A stretch of DNA of 64,000 nt from TPA_inf: Saccharomyces (lineage: Eukaryota): assembly GCA_000146045.2 (NCBI GenBank), contig BK006948.2:864001-928000 (forward strand), read 5' to 3'. This document shows, piece by piece, positions 33,061 to 43,842 of this stretch (position 1 is its first letter; every line of letters starts with the position of its first letter). Both the position numbers and the translations under genes were made by a program. The notes under the pieces are model-generated. The model saw nothing but the letters and a program-made list of their open reading frames with translations, was not told the origin of the DNA and did not search any database.

Positions 33061-34360
33061 CGGTATCAGCATCTGCATTGTAGGCCCTAGCTTCAGTCAT
33101 TTCCACCTTCTTAGCCTCACGAACAACCTTTGGAGTAGTTCTTAAATCTCTACCTTCTAATTGGGATAATCTATTTTCTACTTTGGCTCTTGATTCTAGA
33201 CCAATGTCACCTGAATCGTCTCTATCTTCAGCTAAAGCATCATAACGCAATGAGACAGCGGCCTTAGCAGCCAGAACTCTTGCAATCTTACCTTTGTTCT
33301 TACCAGTAGCTTGACCAACAAGAGAGGCATGATATAGCAAACCATACTTTGGTGTATCATGCTTGGTCTTTAAAGCTCTGAATAAAGCCTTTTCGGCACC
33401 TAATATTTGGATGGTAGAAGCTGGTGATTTGGCCAAGGAAATTAAGGAACCTGAATGAGCGATAAGTCTAGCACCAACTAATTCACCAACCAACTGAGTC
33501 AAGTTTGGAGCAATAGCCTTCATTCTTGCAGACAAGTAATTGGACAACTGTTCTCTGTAAGCGGCAAATTCGACTATTTGTTCAGCTAAAGCATTAATGT
33601 TGTCTAGATCGGTTTGAGTGATTTCAGTACCCATAGACACTTCAGCAGCGGTTTTGACACGTTCTTCAATCTCTTCTGGTAAGATTTCACTCAAATCTGT
33701 TTCAGAAGCCTTGGATCTGATACCCATTGTTAGAATAATTCTCGCATAAGCGACGGAATCAGTAACAATCTTAGCTAACTCAGGAAAGTGCCACCCGTAC
33801 CATTCTTTACATCTCATGGCATATGTGTTTAATTCTTTATCTAAATCATCCAATAAAGCAATTGCTTGAATAATCATAACATCAACTTTGTCAGCAGAAA
33901 ATTTTAATTTGTGACGACCGATGGAATGAGCTAAACCCAAAGACATCTTGCTTAGATCATTATCAGACATACCTGGCAGCAATTCTGGCAAATATTCTTT
34001 GATAGCTCTATAGATATCTAAGGTTACAGCATCGGAAACAACATTGAAGTTCAATCCCAACTTATTAATAGCGTTTGCCAGTTTAGTTTCACTAACAATC
34101 AAGGTCGACTTCTTGTCCTTTTTAATTTCTTCCAGAAGTTTTTCTAATTGGGAAGAAACTTTACCTTCAATAATGGAGTTGGCTTCCTCTAAAGCGTTAG
34201 CTGCAGAGTTGAACTTGGAAAAGGCGGCGATCTTGAATTCCTTCAAGACTTTGTCAGAGCTATCCAAGTCTTGAATTAAGCTTGAAGATTTGTAGATTTT
34301 CTTATCGGAAGCTTTTAAAAGAGCATAACCAGCTGAAGTTTCAGTTAAAACGTAAGCCAT
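32825..34360 (-). CDS. NOP58: Box C/D snoRNP core protein (NOSIC + Nop domain, C-terminal KKE/D lysine-rich tail), 511 aa
   Basis: 511-aa [20 protein letters not shown]... with Nop-domain conservation. It ends in the (KKEKKE)n tail. Confidence 0.95.
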
Positions 34361-34425
34361 TGTATGAGGAGGTTGAGGTTCTACAGCTAATTTGGTATCG
34401 ACTGCTATTTCAAAAATAACTTATA

Positions 34426-34497
34426 TGCGAAATTTTTGCGAAAGCATAAATAATTCTTGCTTTTCTGAAAATTTTCGATGAGGTTGAAAAATTTTCC
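34426..34497. promoter_or_regulatory. Ribi-regulon motifs: three RRPE-like elements (gcgaaatttttgcg, gaaaattttc, gaaaaattttcc) flanking a PAC-like CGATGAG upstream of NOP58
   Basis: Read directly at 34426-34439, 34467-34476, 34475-34483 (tcgatgagg) and 34486-34497. This is 65-140 bp upstream of the NOP58 ATG on the minus strand. Confidence 0.55.
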
Positions 34498-35055
34498 AAA
34501 TTTCTTTTTTTCTGTTCTAACGTACACAATGATATCAATATCAATAAGGCCACTGGGCGGTAATCGCAGATAAACCATATATCCTTGAGATGCCAAGATA
34601 AATGAACGCTGGTTCAGGATCTTGGTAATCGTATTTCGCAGGATTGTTCTTTTTTATTGTTCTCTGATATGATTGCTTTGTGACAAAGTTGGGGCATGAA
34701 AAAGCCTTTTTTTACTGATGAAAATATGGTGTAGGTTTACGATTAAATAATAATGTTGCGCCCCATTTGGATGCGCTTGTTGGCACATATATTAGTAACA
34801 TAAATGTTTTCATAAAACTGCTTGTGTCGAATGTTTCTAATGGCGTGAAAAATACGGAAATACTGCTGAATAATTTACACAGGTTCTAACTCTATACTCG
34901 GATATGTAGGATATTTAGAAAAATAATTTGTGGATGCCAAAGATCGAAGAGGTGCTGGATCGTTAACCACAGATAAACTGAATCGCGCACTCCAGTTACT
35001 GTAAAAAAGACTTACCGAAGAATATAAAACACTCCTGTTTTTGGTATATATGCTT

Positions 35056-35928
35056 TTATTTCTTGAATGTTTTGATTACTGCGTTCATAAAAAGTGATGA
35101 CAGGACAGGAATAGTGAAATTATCATCCCAGTTGAACAAATCTATACCTTCACTCAAAGCAGCTACCACACCACCTAACAAGGATAGCATATTCAAACTT
35201 AATCTGCTTGTTTCTGGGCTCCATTGGATCTCGCCAGGTTTGTTGACGTAGCTGTAGGCAGGAACAAAATAGCCATAAAATACCCAGCAGGTGATAACAC
35301 CAACTGTAAACGCAGCTATCGAACCTGCAAGGGATTTATTTCTTGCCACTTTGGGTGTTAAATGACCATACTTTCTTCCAATAGTTGCGGCGGCTGTATC
35401 GGACCAACTTAGCAAAAATAACGATATTAAGGTAACATCTTTAGAGAAAAAGTTAAAAGAAAAGATTAACCCAAGAATGTACCACAATACCCCATTGTAT
35501 GTATGAATCTCCTTTTTTCTCATTAGCGCACCCACAGTTCTACAGTAAAGCATATTGAAAAAGGGCCAGTTTAGTCTTATCAGATCCAAAATAAACAATA
35601 TGATGAAGGCGTATATCAAAGGCCATAAAACATTTTTATAATTAATACCCTGCGTATACAGGTACAAAGTAATAAAGCCAATGGAAGAATGGAACACCTT
35701 ACGGGGAATTTCATGTTTAGTTATAAAATCGCCGAACCATTCATGAGATTTCAAATGTATTTCTGTCACTGGAACGTGTGCATCGTCATCGCTACTACTA
35801 ATTTCTTCTTTTGCTGGAATCGTTACTTTCGCCGAGACTTGATGACTCTTAGATGATAGTCTTTGCTTAGCTTCGGTACGCGGCTCTAGCGTGCTATTTG
35901 GAAGGGCAATGGCATCTTCGGTCCCCAT
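35056..35928 (-). CDS. DGK1: CTP-dependent diacylglycerol kinase (ER membrane), 290 aa
   Basis: 290-aa ORF with a hydrophilic N-terminus and a multi-TM CTP-transferase-like C-terminal domain. Exact DGK1 length. Confidence 0.9.
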   Translation of the reverse strand: MGTEDAIALPNSTLEPRTEAKQRLSSKSHQVSAKVTIPAKEEISSSDDDAHVPVTEIHLKSHEWFGDFITKHEIPRKVFHSSIGFITLYLYTQGINYKNVLWPLIYAFIILFILDLIRLNWPFFNMLYCRTVGALMRKKEIHTYNGVLWYILGLIFSFNFFSKDVTLISLFLLSWSDTAAATIGRKYGHLTPKVARNKSLAGSIAAFTVGVITCWVFYGYFVPAYSYVNKPGEIQWSPETSRLSLNMLSLLGGVVAALSEGIDLFNWDDNFTIPVLSSLFMNAVIKTFKK

Positions 35929-36249
35929 ATTGTCTGTAAACCCTGTATGAATCCAAATGACAGAAATGCGTAGATATCTGTTTACGTAATGTTCAACTGC
36001 TCTACGACAACACCGCTCAGGATTTTTATAATTACGCTACGTTTTATATTTATCGCAGAAAAACCAATAATTTGTTACCCGCTATGGACCCTGGATTTTG
36101 TAAAGATACATGGCATGACATTGTGCTTTCACGCTGGTAGTGCATAATGTAAGAGAAGAAACAGGATATATTTTAAAATTTCCTTGAATCTACAAAATGA
36201 ATTATACAAAATTTTATTATACTAAAAAACGTAGAAATATCTTGTTGGC

Positions 36250-37194
<945 letters not shown>

Positions 37195-37537
37195 TTTTCT
37201 TTGCTTGATTCCTTTGTTACGGTTCTCTTCTATTATCTTCTGCAAAAATAATGCCCTCAAAAACGGTTATATCTATCTATTAGAGTTACTTCTTCGTACT
37301 GTTGCCAACTCGAGCGGAAAGAAATTAGACAGAATCTGGCGGAAAATTGAGAAAGAGCTAGACAGACTATGCGGAACAACTTGGAATCTGCCTCTGTCCG
37401 TGTGGCCTGGCCCTGGCCTGGGAAGTAACTGTCTAGGCCGCGGACATTTTTCTCTTCGGTAGTAAGCCGCCCTACTGGTCATGGGGTTACCTGAAAGAGA
37501 TAAAAATTCAAAGATAGCATCGCGCCGTCGGAAACGT

Positions 37538-37552
37538 AAAATGTACGGGTGA
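37538..37552 (-). promoter_or_regulatory. Rap1 binding site (TCACCCGTACATTT) in RPL20B promoter
   Basis: Plus-strand aaatgtacgggtga reads in the gene (minus) orientation as TCACCCGTACATTT, matching ACACCCRYACAYM. It lies about 345 bp upstream of the RPL20B start. Confidence 0.55.
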
Positions 37553-37857
37553 ACAGTCCCGAAAACCGTATTTATTGTTTTGGGGAAGAGCTTGTTTACT
37601 TCGTGCCTACAAACAATCAGCACCTTAAGATATGACAGAATAGCTTGCTATTTGATTTTTTTTTTATCTAGCTTGTAAATATTTATTAAGCCTTTCCTTA
37701 CAAAAAAATATATTTTCTTTTACCTCTTTTTTATGTTGAGCGTGTATACATTGGTAAATTTAAGTTCAGTGCTTTCAATAGATAACACCTATTGAATTTG
37801 CGCCAGTAGGTACAAATTGAAATTCTCGCCTATATTAAAATTATTTTCTATGCGAAC

Positions 37858-38874
37858 TTATTGTACTAGATGTGGTAAATCTCCTCCCTCAGATTTGTTG
37901 CCAAAAAATCTAAACAAACTTCTATCGGTGACAGAGGCCCAAATTTCGCGTTCTAAATCAGTTATGGTATCCCAAGTACCTCTCAATACATTTTTCATTT
38001 TTAAATCGGCCTGTTTGTCTAAGTTTTTATTATAAACAGAGTTTGTATGATATCCATAGGCAATGGGAAGCTTTGCAATACCAACAACTTGATGACTAAC
38101 TGCAGAAACTGCTCTTGTCATAAAATTGTATTCTAAAGCTAGCCCCCTATTAAACTCACAAGAAAAGGAATCATTTGGAACTTTCTTACCTTTGGGCAAA
38201 TACTTTACCGTTACCTTTTCGAATGTATTATTGACTGGTAACAAAACAGGGTCAAGTTGCCCCCTTATCAAAGGCTTGCCCTTTGTGTCTATGAATTTTT
38301 CATTATAGTACTTCCTAAATTTCATCAACCTTCCATGGACAGGTTGGTAAACATAGTTGTCTCCATTTCTTGCTGTCGTATCCCTGAGCTGCTTTCCATA
38401 CTTTTTCGACAAAGTATACGGAAGTGCAATTTCCTCACCTAATCTTTTATAAGTTTTTGTTTTCAAAGAAGGGACAACGCGCTCTACTGTACTTAAAGTC
38501 GAATTGGCCATCTTGTCAAAAAAATTGACCACTGGTGCTACGGCTTGAACGGGACGTGACACTACCACTTTATCGATTCTAGGCTTTGTTTGTGCTAAAA
38601 TAATTCTCGTTAGAGCAATCTTCTTTGCAATCTCTTCTGTTTCTTGCACTATTGGATAAGTTTCTATGTGATCAACTGTTTTCAAATTTAATCTACCCCT
38701 CCTAGCTGCATGTTCATTTGCACTGAGATTACTGTTTTCGGTAAAATTTTCTGTAACTGCTTCTTGTGTCTGCGATTGTTCCATTTCATTGGGTTCATTC
38801 GTGTTTTTGTGTAAAAAATTCTTATTTTCTTCTTGTGGTTTTGTAACCTTCACTATATTCAAATTTGATGGCAT
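37858..38874 (-). CDS. SPS4: Sporulation-specific protein (mid-sporulation transcript), 338 aa
   Basis: 338-aa ORF. An MSE (GCCACAAAA in gene orientation) lies about 185 bp upstream. Position matches YOR313C. Confidence 0.88.
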   Translation of the reverse strand: MPSNLNIVKVTKPQEENKNFLHKNTNEPNEMEQSQTQEAVTENFTENSNLSANEHAARRGRLNLKTVDHIETYPIVQETEEIAKKIALTRIILAQTKPRIDKVVVSRPVQAVAPVVNFFDKMANSTLSTVERVVPSLKTKTYKRLGEEIALPYTLSKKYGKQLRDTTARNGDNYVYQPVHGRLMKFRKYYNEKFIDTKGKPLIRGQLDPVLLPVNNTFEKVTVKYLPKGKKVPNDSFSCEFNRGLALEYNFMTRAVSAVSHQVVGIAKLPIAYGYHTNSVYNKNLDKQADLKMKNVLRGTWDTITDLEREIWASVTDRSLFRFFGNKSEGGDLPHLVQ

Positions 38875-39056
38875 GTTTGTTGAAATATGTTATGTGAAAC
38901 CAATGTAGCAAAAACAATTTTTTATGTTCTTGTTGCTTGCCTCTCAAAAATAACAAAGGAAGAAATTTTGTCGAAAGTGTAGTAGAAGGAGGTAAAAAGT
39001 GAACACTTCTTAGCAATTTATAGTTCCAAAATTTATGAATTAATGACAATGATACG

Positions 39057-39065
39057 TTTTTGTGG
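39057..39065 (-). promoter_or_regulatory. Middle sporulation element (GCCACAAAA in SPS4 orientation) upstream of SPS4
   Basis: Plus-strand ttttgtggc reads in SPS4 orientation as GCCACAAAA. It lies about 185 bp upstream of the SPS4 ATG, inside the dubious ORF YOR314W. Confidence 0.5.
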
Positions 39066-40759
39066 CGCGCGTCAATCGGCGATAATCAGCAACGCGTCTG
39101 ACGCTGCTGCAGGAACCAACAAAAAAAGGATACTAAACCCTCTTGAGTCCTTGTGTCTTAACGACCGCATAGACGAACACCGTTGCAAAGAAGTCCAGTT
39201 ATCTTCATTACGAAGTCTATTGTATGCTATGATTTTAAATAGAACCATAGGCAGCGAGACCGGCGTTTTTTCTTTTCTGCTCTTTTCTTTTCGTTACTTC
39301 GGAGAGGAAAGAGACTTATTTTACTGCTTCTTCTCCGTCTTTTTACTTAACATTACATATTTATTGGATTAGAACTTTTGTATAGGGGTAAACAATACTG
39401 AGGATATTCATAACTATCTTTTTTAGGTCTCCTTGGCTCTTTTAAGTAGAACAAAAAAATCTAGGACAGTTGCTTTGCCTTTTCAATGTCAGTTAAAAAA
39501 ATAATGGAAACGTTAGTTCCCACCCAGAAAGACAACAAAAAAGTGTTTTCTTTTCGAAGTATTCCAAGATTTCGTTGTCATGGCATATCGGTACAATCTT
39601 TTGGTTGGAATGAATAAAATCAGTTATCGTCCCACCAATGGGAATAGAGCATATAATGTTATCTCAGGACAGCAGTGATGTCCAAGAAAGTAACTACGAG
39701 AGTTTTACTATACTACATATTATAAGGACAAATAGTTGCATAGCAACAAGCTTGGGGGATAAACATCAAGAGAATGCATTGAGTTACTACGCAGGCCTTA
39801 AAGTAAGGCGATTCCACGGCAGTAATTAGTTTAGATAACAACTTACTCTACTGCGAGCTCTTCTTAAAAGACGTGTCCTTTTAAGATTCAGAAGCATTTT
39901 CTTGGGTAGGGGTTTTTTGCGTTACTCTGTTTTTTGAGATCGTAATTCGACACATAAAACTCTCAGCTAGCCCACCCTTTGGGCAAGTTATACCTTTCTA
40001 CTTTCGTCCAATCCATACATCGCCCAATTAGGATAAAAGTAAATAACATATTCGAGTTTTGTAAATATCCGAAAGGGGAAGACAAGGAAATATCTAGGCA
40101 CCAAATCCCTTTTTGGAAATGCGAACCACGGGAATATGCAAAAAAAAAAAGAAAACAATCCCGCTTTTTCAAGATTTCAGGCCGATTTTGAGATTAAAGT
40201 TTGACAGCCTCAGTCTTAAAAACAAAACAGTATGACAGAACGATTCAAAGAAACTACGGACAAAGGATTTATGCTAAACTGGTCACGCCGTTATAGACAG
40301 CAGTAATGCATGGAAAATCCCATGGCTATTCTAATCGGGTTTAAACTTTTTTTTTTCAGCTGCGAATATCTCTTAGTGCAAATTGGTAAACAAGAGAGCT
40401 CACAACACACTAAATACGTTGTGTAACGATACATAGCCTTGCTTAGGTAAACGACAGATGCATGCCCATTTCGATAGGAAAATCTTGAATTTTAAGCCCG
40501 TTACCGTAAATGTCATTCGATACTGTTTACAGTTTAGTTTTAAAGCGGTAACATTCTTGTTAATTTAAAATGGATCAATTTTGTCACTCTACGAGGAAAA
40601 TCAAGCGAAGTATTATTTAAACGCAACATTTCTTTGTGCCTTCCACACTTCAGCTATATTTGGAACTTAGGCGCGTTTAGGTGATAAGTTGTTCTGTAAA
40701 TATGTTTGATTAGTTAAACAAGAGAAATATAAAATTAAGAAAAAAAAAATTTCAAAAAC

Positions 40760-41800
40760 ATGGATGAAATGCATTCTTCAGACACACTTTTGTTGCGAAC
40801 ACCGAAATCAAAAAAAAAAATTGGGCTTGTAATACCCAGTACACCAAGTAAAAAATGTAAATATTCATCAGGCTTTATAGCAGAAGACACTACGCCCTCC
40901 AAACGGTTTCGTTTATACCAAGCCAAATTTAAGACAAGTTCAAAGAATGTCAAAGCCCAAACTCTTAGCGTATCAATAAAAAAAAATCAAGGTGAAATCA
41001 CCAATCCATTTATGACCGAAGGATATAATGATTACCGGAATATTGTCAGTCCTGGATTGAGTTTTGATAACGACTGCTTTTCAGAACATGAATTAGTTAG
41101 TCCATTGAGTGATATATCTTCGATAAACTCGACATCGCCTGATGTTGAAAAGATTGATTCTTTAGATCCTTTTGGCGTTGATTCTTTTGTCTGGAACTGT
41201 AAGCCGCTTGTTAATAAAGAAGCACTGGAGCTCCACCGAATGATTCATTCTTCGTTTCCGATGAGCCCACTGGAATCCAACAGTGATGTGCCACTTTTAT
41301 TGCCTAAACTCAAAAAAAGGTTATCTCCAGTAAACAGATCGACCTTCAAGCCAACAAGGTACGAACCCTCTCACCGTCTATTGAAGCCCAAAAAATCAAT
41401 TCTAACAGTACCAGCCAAATCTCTGAATCTCATAGTCAGTTCGTCGCGAGGCTCATTAAATGACGCTACCATCTTTGCCACCGAAATAAATTCTACTTTG
41501 AGCAATGAAGAAAACAAATTACCAGCAATTTCTAGTATTTGGGAGAAGCTCACAATTCCAGTAAACTCTTCAATTAAGGAGAAATACAAGAAGCTTAAAG
41601 ACCAAATATATGGGCAAGCTAGTAATTTTGGCGAAGATGAAGATAATGAAGAAGACAATGAAGACGACCTTCCCGACGCGGCAGTAATAAGAGGTTACGA
41701 ATTTCAGTCAGGAAGGCGCGATGAGCTGACGCAATGTAATGAACTACAGAGTACGAAGGACTACAAAAAAGTTCAGTGGGCAAAGGTTTTAGAACAATAA
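40760..41800 (+). CDS. SFG1: Ser/Thr-rich nuclear protein implicated in superficial pseudohyphal growth, 346 aa
   Basis: 346-aa ORF preceded by an unusually long (about 1.4 kb) ORF-poor upstream region. Length and position match YOR315W. Confidence 0.85.
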   Translation: MDEMHSSDTLLLRTPKSKKKIGLVIPSTPSKKCKYSSGFIAEDTTPSKRFRLYQAKFKTSSKNVKAQTLSVSIKKNQGEITNPFMTEGYNDYRNIVSPGLSFDNDCFSEHELVSPLSDISSINSTSPDVEKIDSLDPFGVDSFVWNCKPLVNKEALELHRMIHSSFPMSPLESNSDVPLLLPKLKKRLSPVNRSTFKPTRYEPSHRLLKPKKSILTVPAKSLNLIVSSSRGSLNDATIFATEINSTLSNEENKLPAISSIWEKLTIPVNSSIKEKYKKLKDQIYGQASNFGEDEDNEEDNEDDLPDAAVIRGYEFQSGRRDELTQCNELQSTKDYKKVQWAKVLEQ

Positions 41801-42235
41801 CTAGGTTCTTTTTCTTCTAATTTGTTGAATTCTAAACAAAGGAGTTTTTTTTTATTATTTCTTAACAACTGGTCTTTTTAATTAAATGAAAAAAGATAAC
41901 AGCATTATTGTGCTAAGTATTGTACTCTTTTTTAGAAGCTGGAGTAATCTAAAAAAAGCTAAACACCATTATTACTATTTTCCTTCCTCAAGTTGTTGTT
42001 TTGCAAGACTATTGCTATTATATTATTATTATGATCATCATTATTATCACCTGTTTTCGCTTTTCCTCTTTTTTTATATTATCTCCTATACTTCTTACTG
42101 TAACAAAATTTATGATAAACATTGTATAAAAACATTATAGACGACTATATATATGTGTGTGTGTGTATGTATATGTACCGTATAACGATTTTTAAAAGTA
42201 TTTAATTCTTCACGCTTTTTCGTTATAAAGTCCTT

Positions 42236-43555
42236 TTAATGATCCTCTAAGCAATCAGCTGTGTTGCAGTTGGCAGCGTCGTCGATAAGACAAGTGGAAC
42301 CTGAAATGCCAGTACCATATGTCTTTGGCCTTAATGAAAGCGGGTCATTTTGTAGATGATCACCTTGGGAGTCTCCGGCTCTTTCGGTTGAAGTAACCTC
42401 TCTGGTAATAAATTCAGGTTGCAAAGTAGCGGAGTGAATGCCATAGCGGTGAAGTTTTGATCTAACTATTTTGGCCAGGTCAGTAAATTGTTCCGGGCTG
42501 ATATCTAGTTGAATATGCAAAGATGCAATAAAAATAGACTCTGTTAAATTCCAAATATGGAAATCATGAATAGCTATTATTCCTGGTATTTTCAAAAGAT
42601 CACCTTCTACTTGATCGCCGGATAAAGTGGAAGGTGTCGCTTGTAACAATATTTTGGAAGCCTTGCACGATAGAGGAAGCGCAGAGGAAAAAATTATACC
42701 GGTAATTATCAATGAGACAAGCGGATCTGTATAATACTTCCAAGAATAGTCGGTCTTCCAAATGAAAAATGCAGACAACATAACGCCGATGTTGCCAAGA
42801 GCATCGCCCAAAACGTGAAGAAACACACCATGCATATTTAAAGATCTCTTGCGCTTGTTGTGTTCTGTGTAATTTCCGCCGCTGGCAATCGTATGGCTTG
42901 ACGTTGAGTATGATGGCGTCTTGGATGCATTTTCCGGTGTCAATAATCTAGTATTTTCGTTCATAAAACTATCTACTATAGCATTAGGCATAATCTCACT
43001 AATGTTATCCGTACTATCCATTGGTGTAGTATTCTCTATTCCATCAACATGGGCATGTGTATGTGTGTGGGATGATGGCATATGCATCTCATGGTCGGCA
43101 AAGATACCGCCATGGGAATGTCCGTGTCCATGTCCATGCTCTTGATCATTGTCGTGAAATAAGAAAAGTCCAACGGTGTTCGATATCAACCCTGCGACAC
43201 CCACATACAACACAAACTTAGGATTTTCAATCACGGGGGGAGCAATAATTCTTTGTAGCGCTTCTATCAAAATTGAGACACATAAGGCAATCAAAAAGAC
43301 GGCGTTAATCAGAGCACCCAAAATCTCCGCCCTTTTCCAACCATAAGTGTACGTTGAATCCGGATTTCTGTTTTTGGCAACATTTACGGCCCAAAGTGCA
43401 ACCACAAGAGAAATTATATCGTTTAGCATATGGAATGAGTCCGCGATTAGAGCCAAAGAGTGAGACAAGTACCCGGTAGTTATCTCGATCCCGAAGAACA
43501 CTGTGTCTAGCAGCAACAAGGATATAATTTTTACCTGTTTGCTTCCGAGTTTCAT
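42236..43555 (-). CDS. COT1: Cation diffusion facilitator (vacuolar Zn/Co transporter) with His-rich cytosolic loop, 439 aa
   Basis: 439-aa ORF with six TM helices. The loop HDNDQEHGHGHGHSHGGIFADHEMHMPSSHTHTHAHVDG sits at about 43043-43159. Confidence 0.93.
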   Translation of the reverse strand: MKLGSKQVKIISLLLLDTVFFGIEITTGYLSHSLALIADSFHMLNDIISLVVALWAVNVAKNRNPDSTYTYGWKRAEILGALINAVFLIALCVSILIEALQRIIAPPVIENPKFVLYVGVAGLISNTVGLFLFHDNDQEHGHGHGHSHGGIFADHEMHMPSSHTHTHAHVDGIENTTPMDSTDNISEIMPNAIVDSFMNENTRLLTPENASKTPSYSTSSHTIASGGNYTEHNKRKRSLNMHGVFLHVLGDALGNIGVMLSAFFIWKTDYSWKYYTDPLVSLIITGIIFSSALPLSCKASKILLQATPSTLSGDQVEGDLLKIPGIIAIHDFHIWNLTESIFIASLHIQLDISPEQFTDLAKIVRSKLHRYGIHSATLQPEFITREVTSTERAGDSQGDHLQNDPLSLRPKTYGTGISGSTCLIDDAANCNTADCLEDH

Positions 43556-43834
43556 ATTTACTCAATCTTTCCGTACTTTGTGTTAACTTTCTTTCTATAG
43601 CTATGCAGAACTATTCTGAGCAAAGTGAAAATAATTGGTTACTAAATAGAACCAGAAATGCTTTTCGAGCTCCCACGTAGAATATATAAGACCAATAAAT
43701 TCCTTTATTGTACGGATATTCTGCATTACAAATGAGTCTTCTGCTTTATGCGGATCGTCAGCTTATATTGCCTTCGTACAGAAAATGAAAATTCACTACT
43801 GGAAACGGGTGAGCGGATGTATGAGTGTATAGTA

Positions 43835-43842
43835 TACACCCG
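43835..43842 (+). promoter_or_regulatory. Aft1-type iron-response element (TACACCCG, YRCACCCR) upstream of COT1
   Basis: agtaTACACCCGgtttt lies about 285 bp upstream of the COT1 ATG (minus-strand gene). COT1 belongs to the Aft1 iron regulon. Confidence 0.4.

Noticed and set aside
37395-37425. GC-rich repeat gtggcctggccctggcctggg in the RPL20B-SPS4 intergenic
   Set aside because: Short, imperfect. It could be an Fhl1/Ifh1-associated GC element of the RP promoter. There is no basis to assign function from sequence alone.
39043-39372. 109-aa ORF (dubious YOR314W) upstream of SPS4
   Set aside because: It lies in the SPS4 promoter and contains its MSE. There is no conservation signal. Likely spurious.
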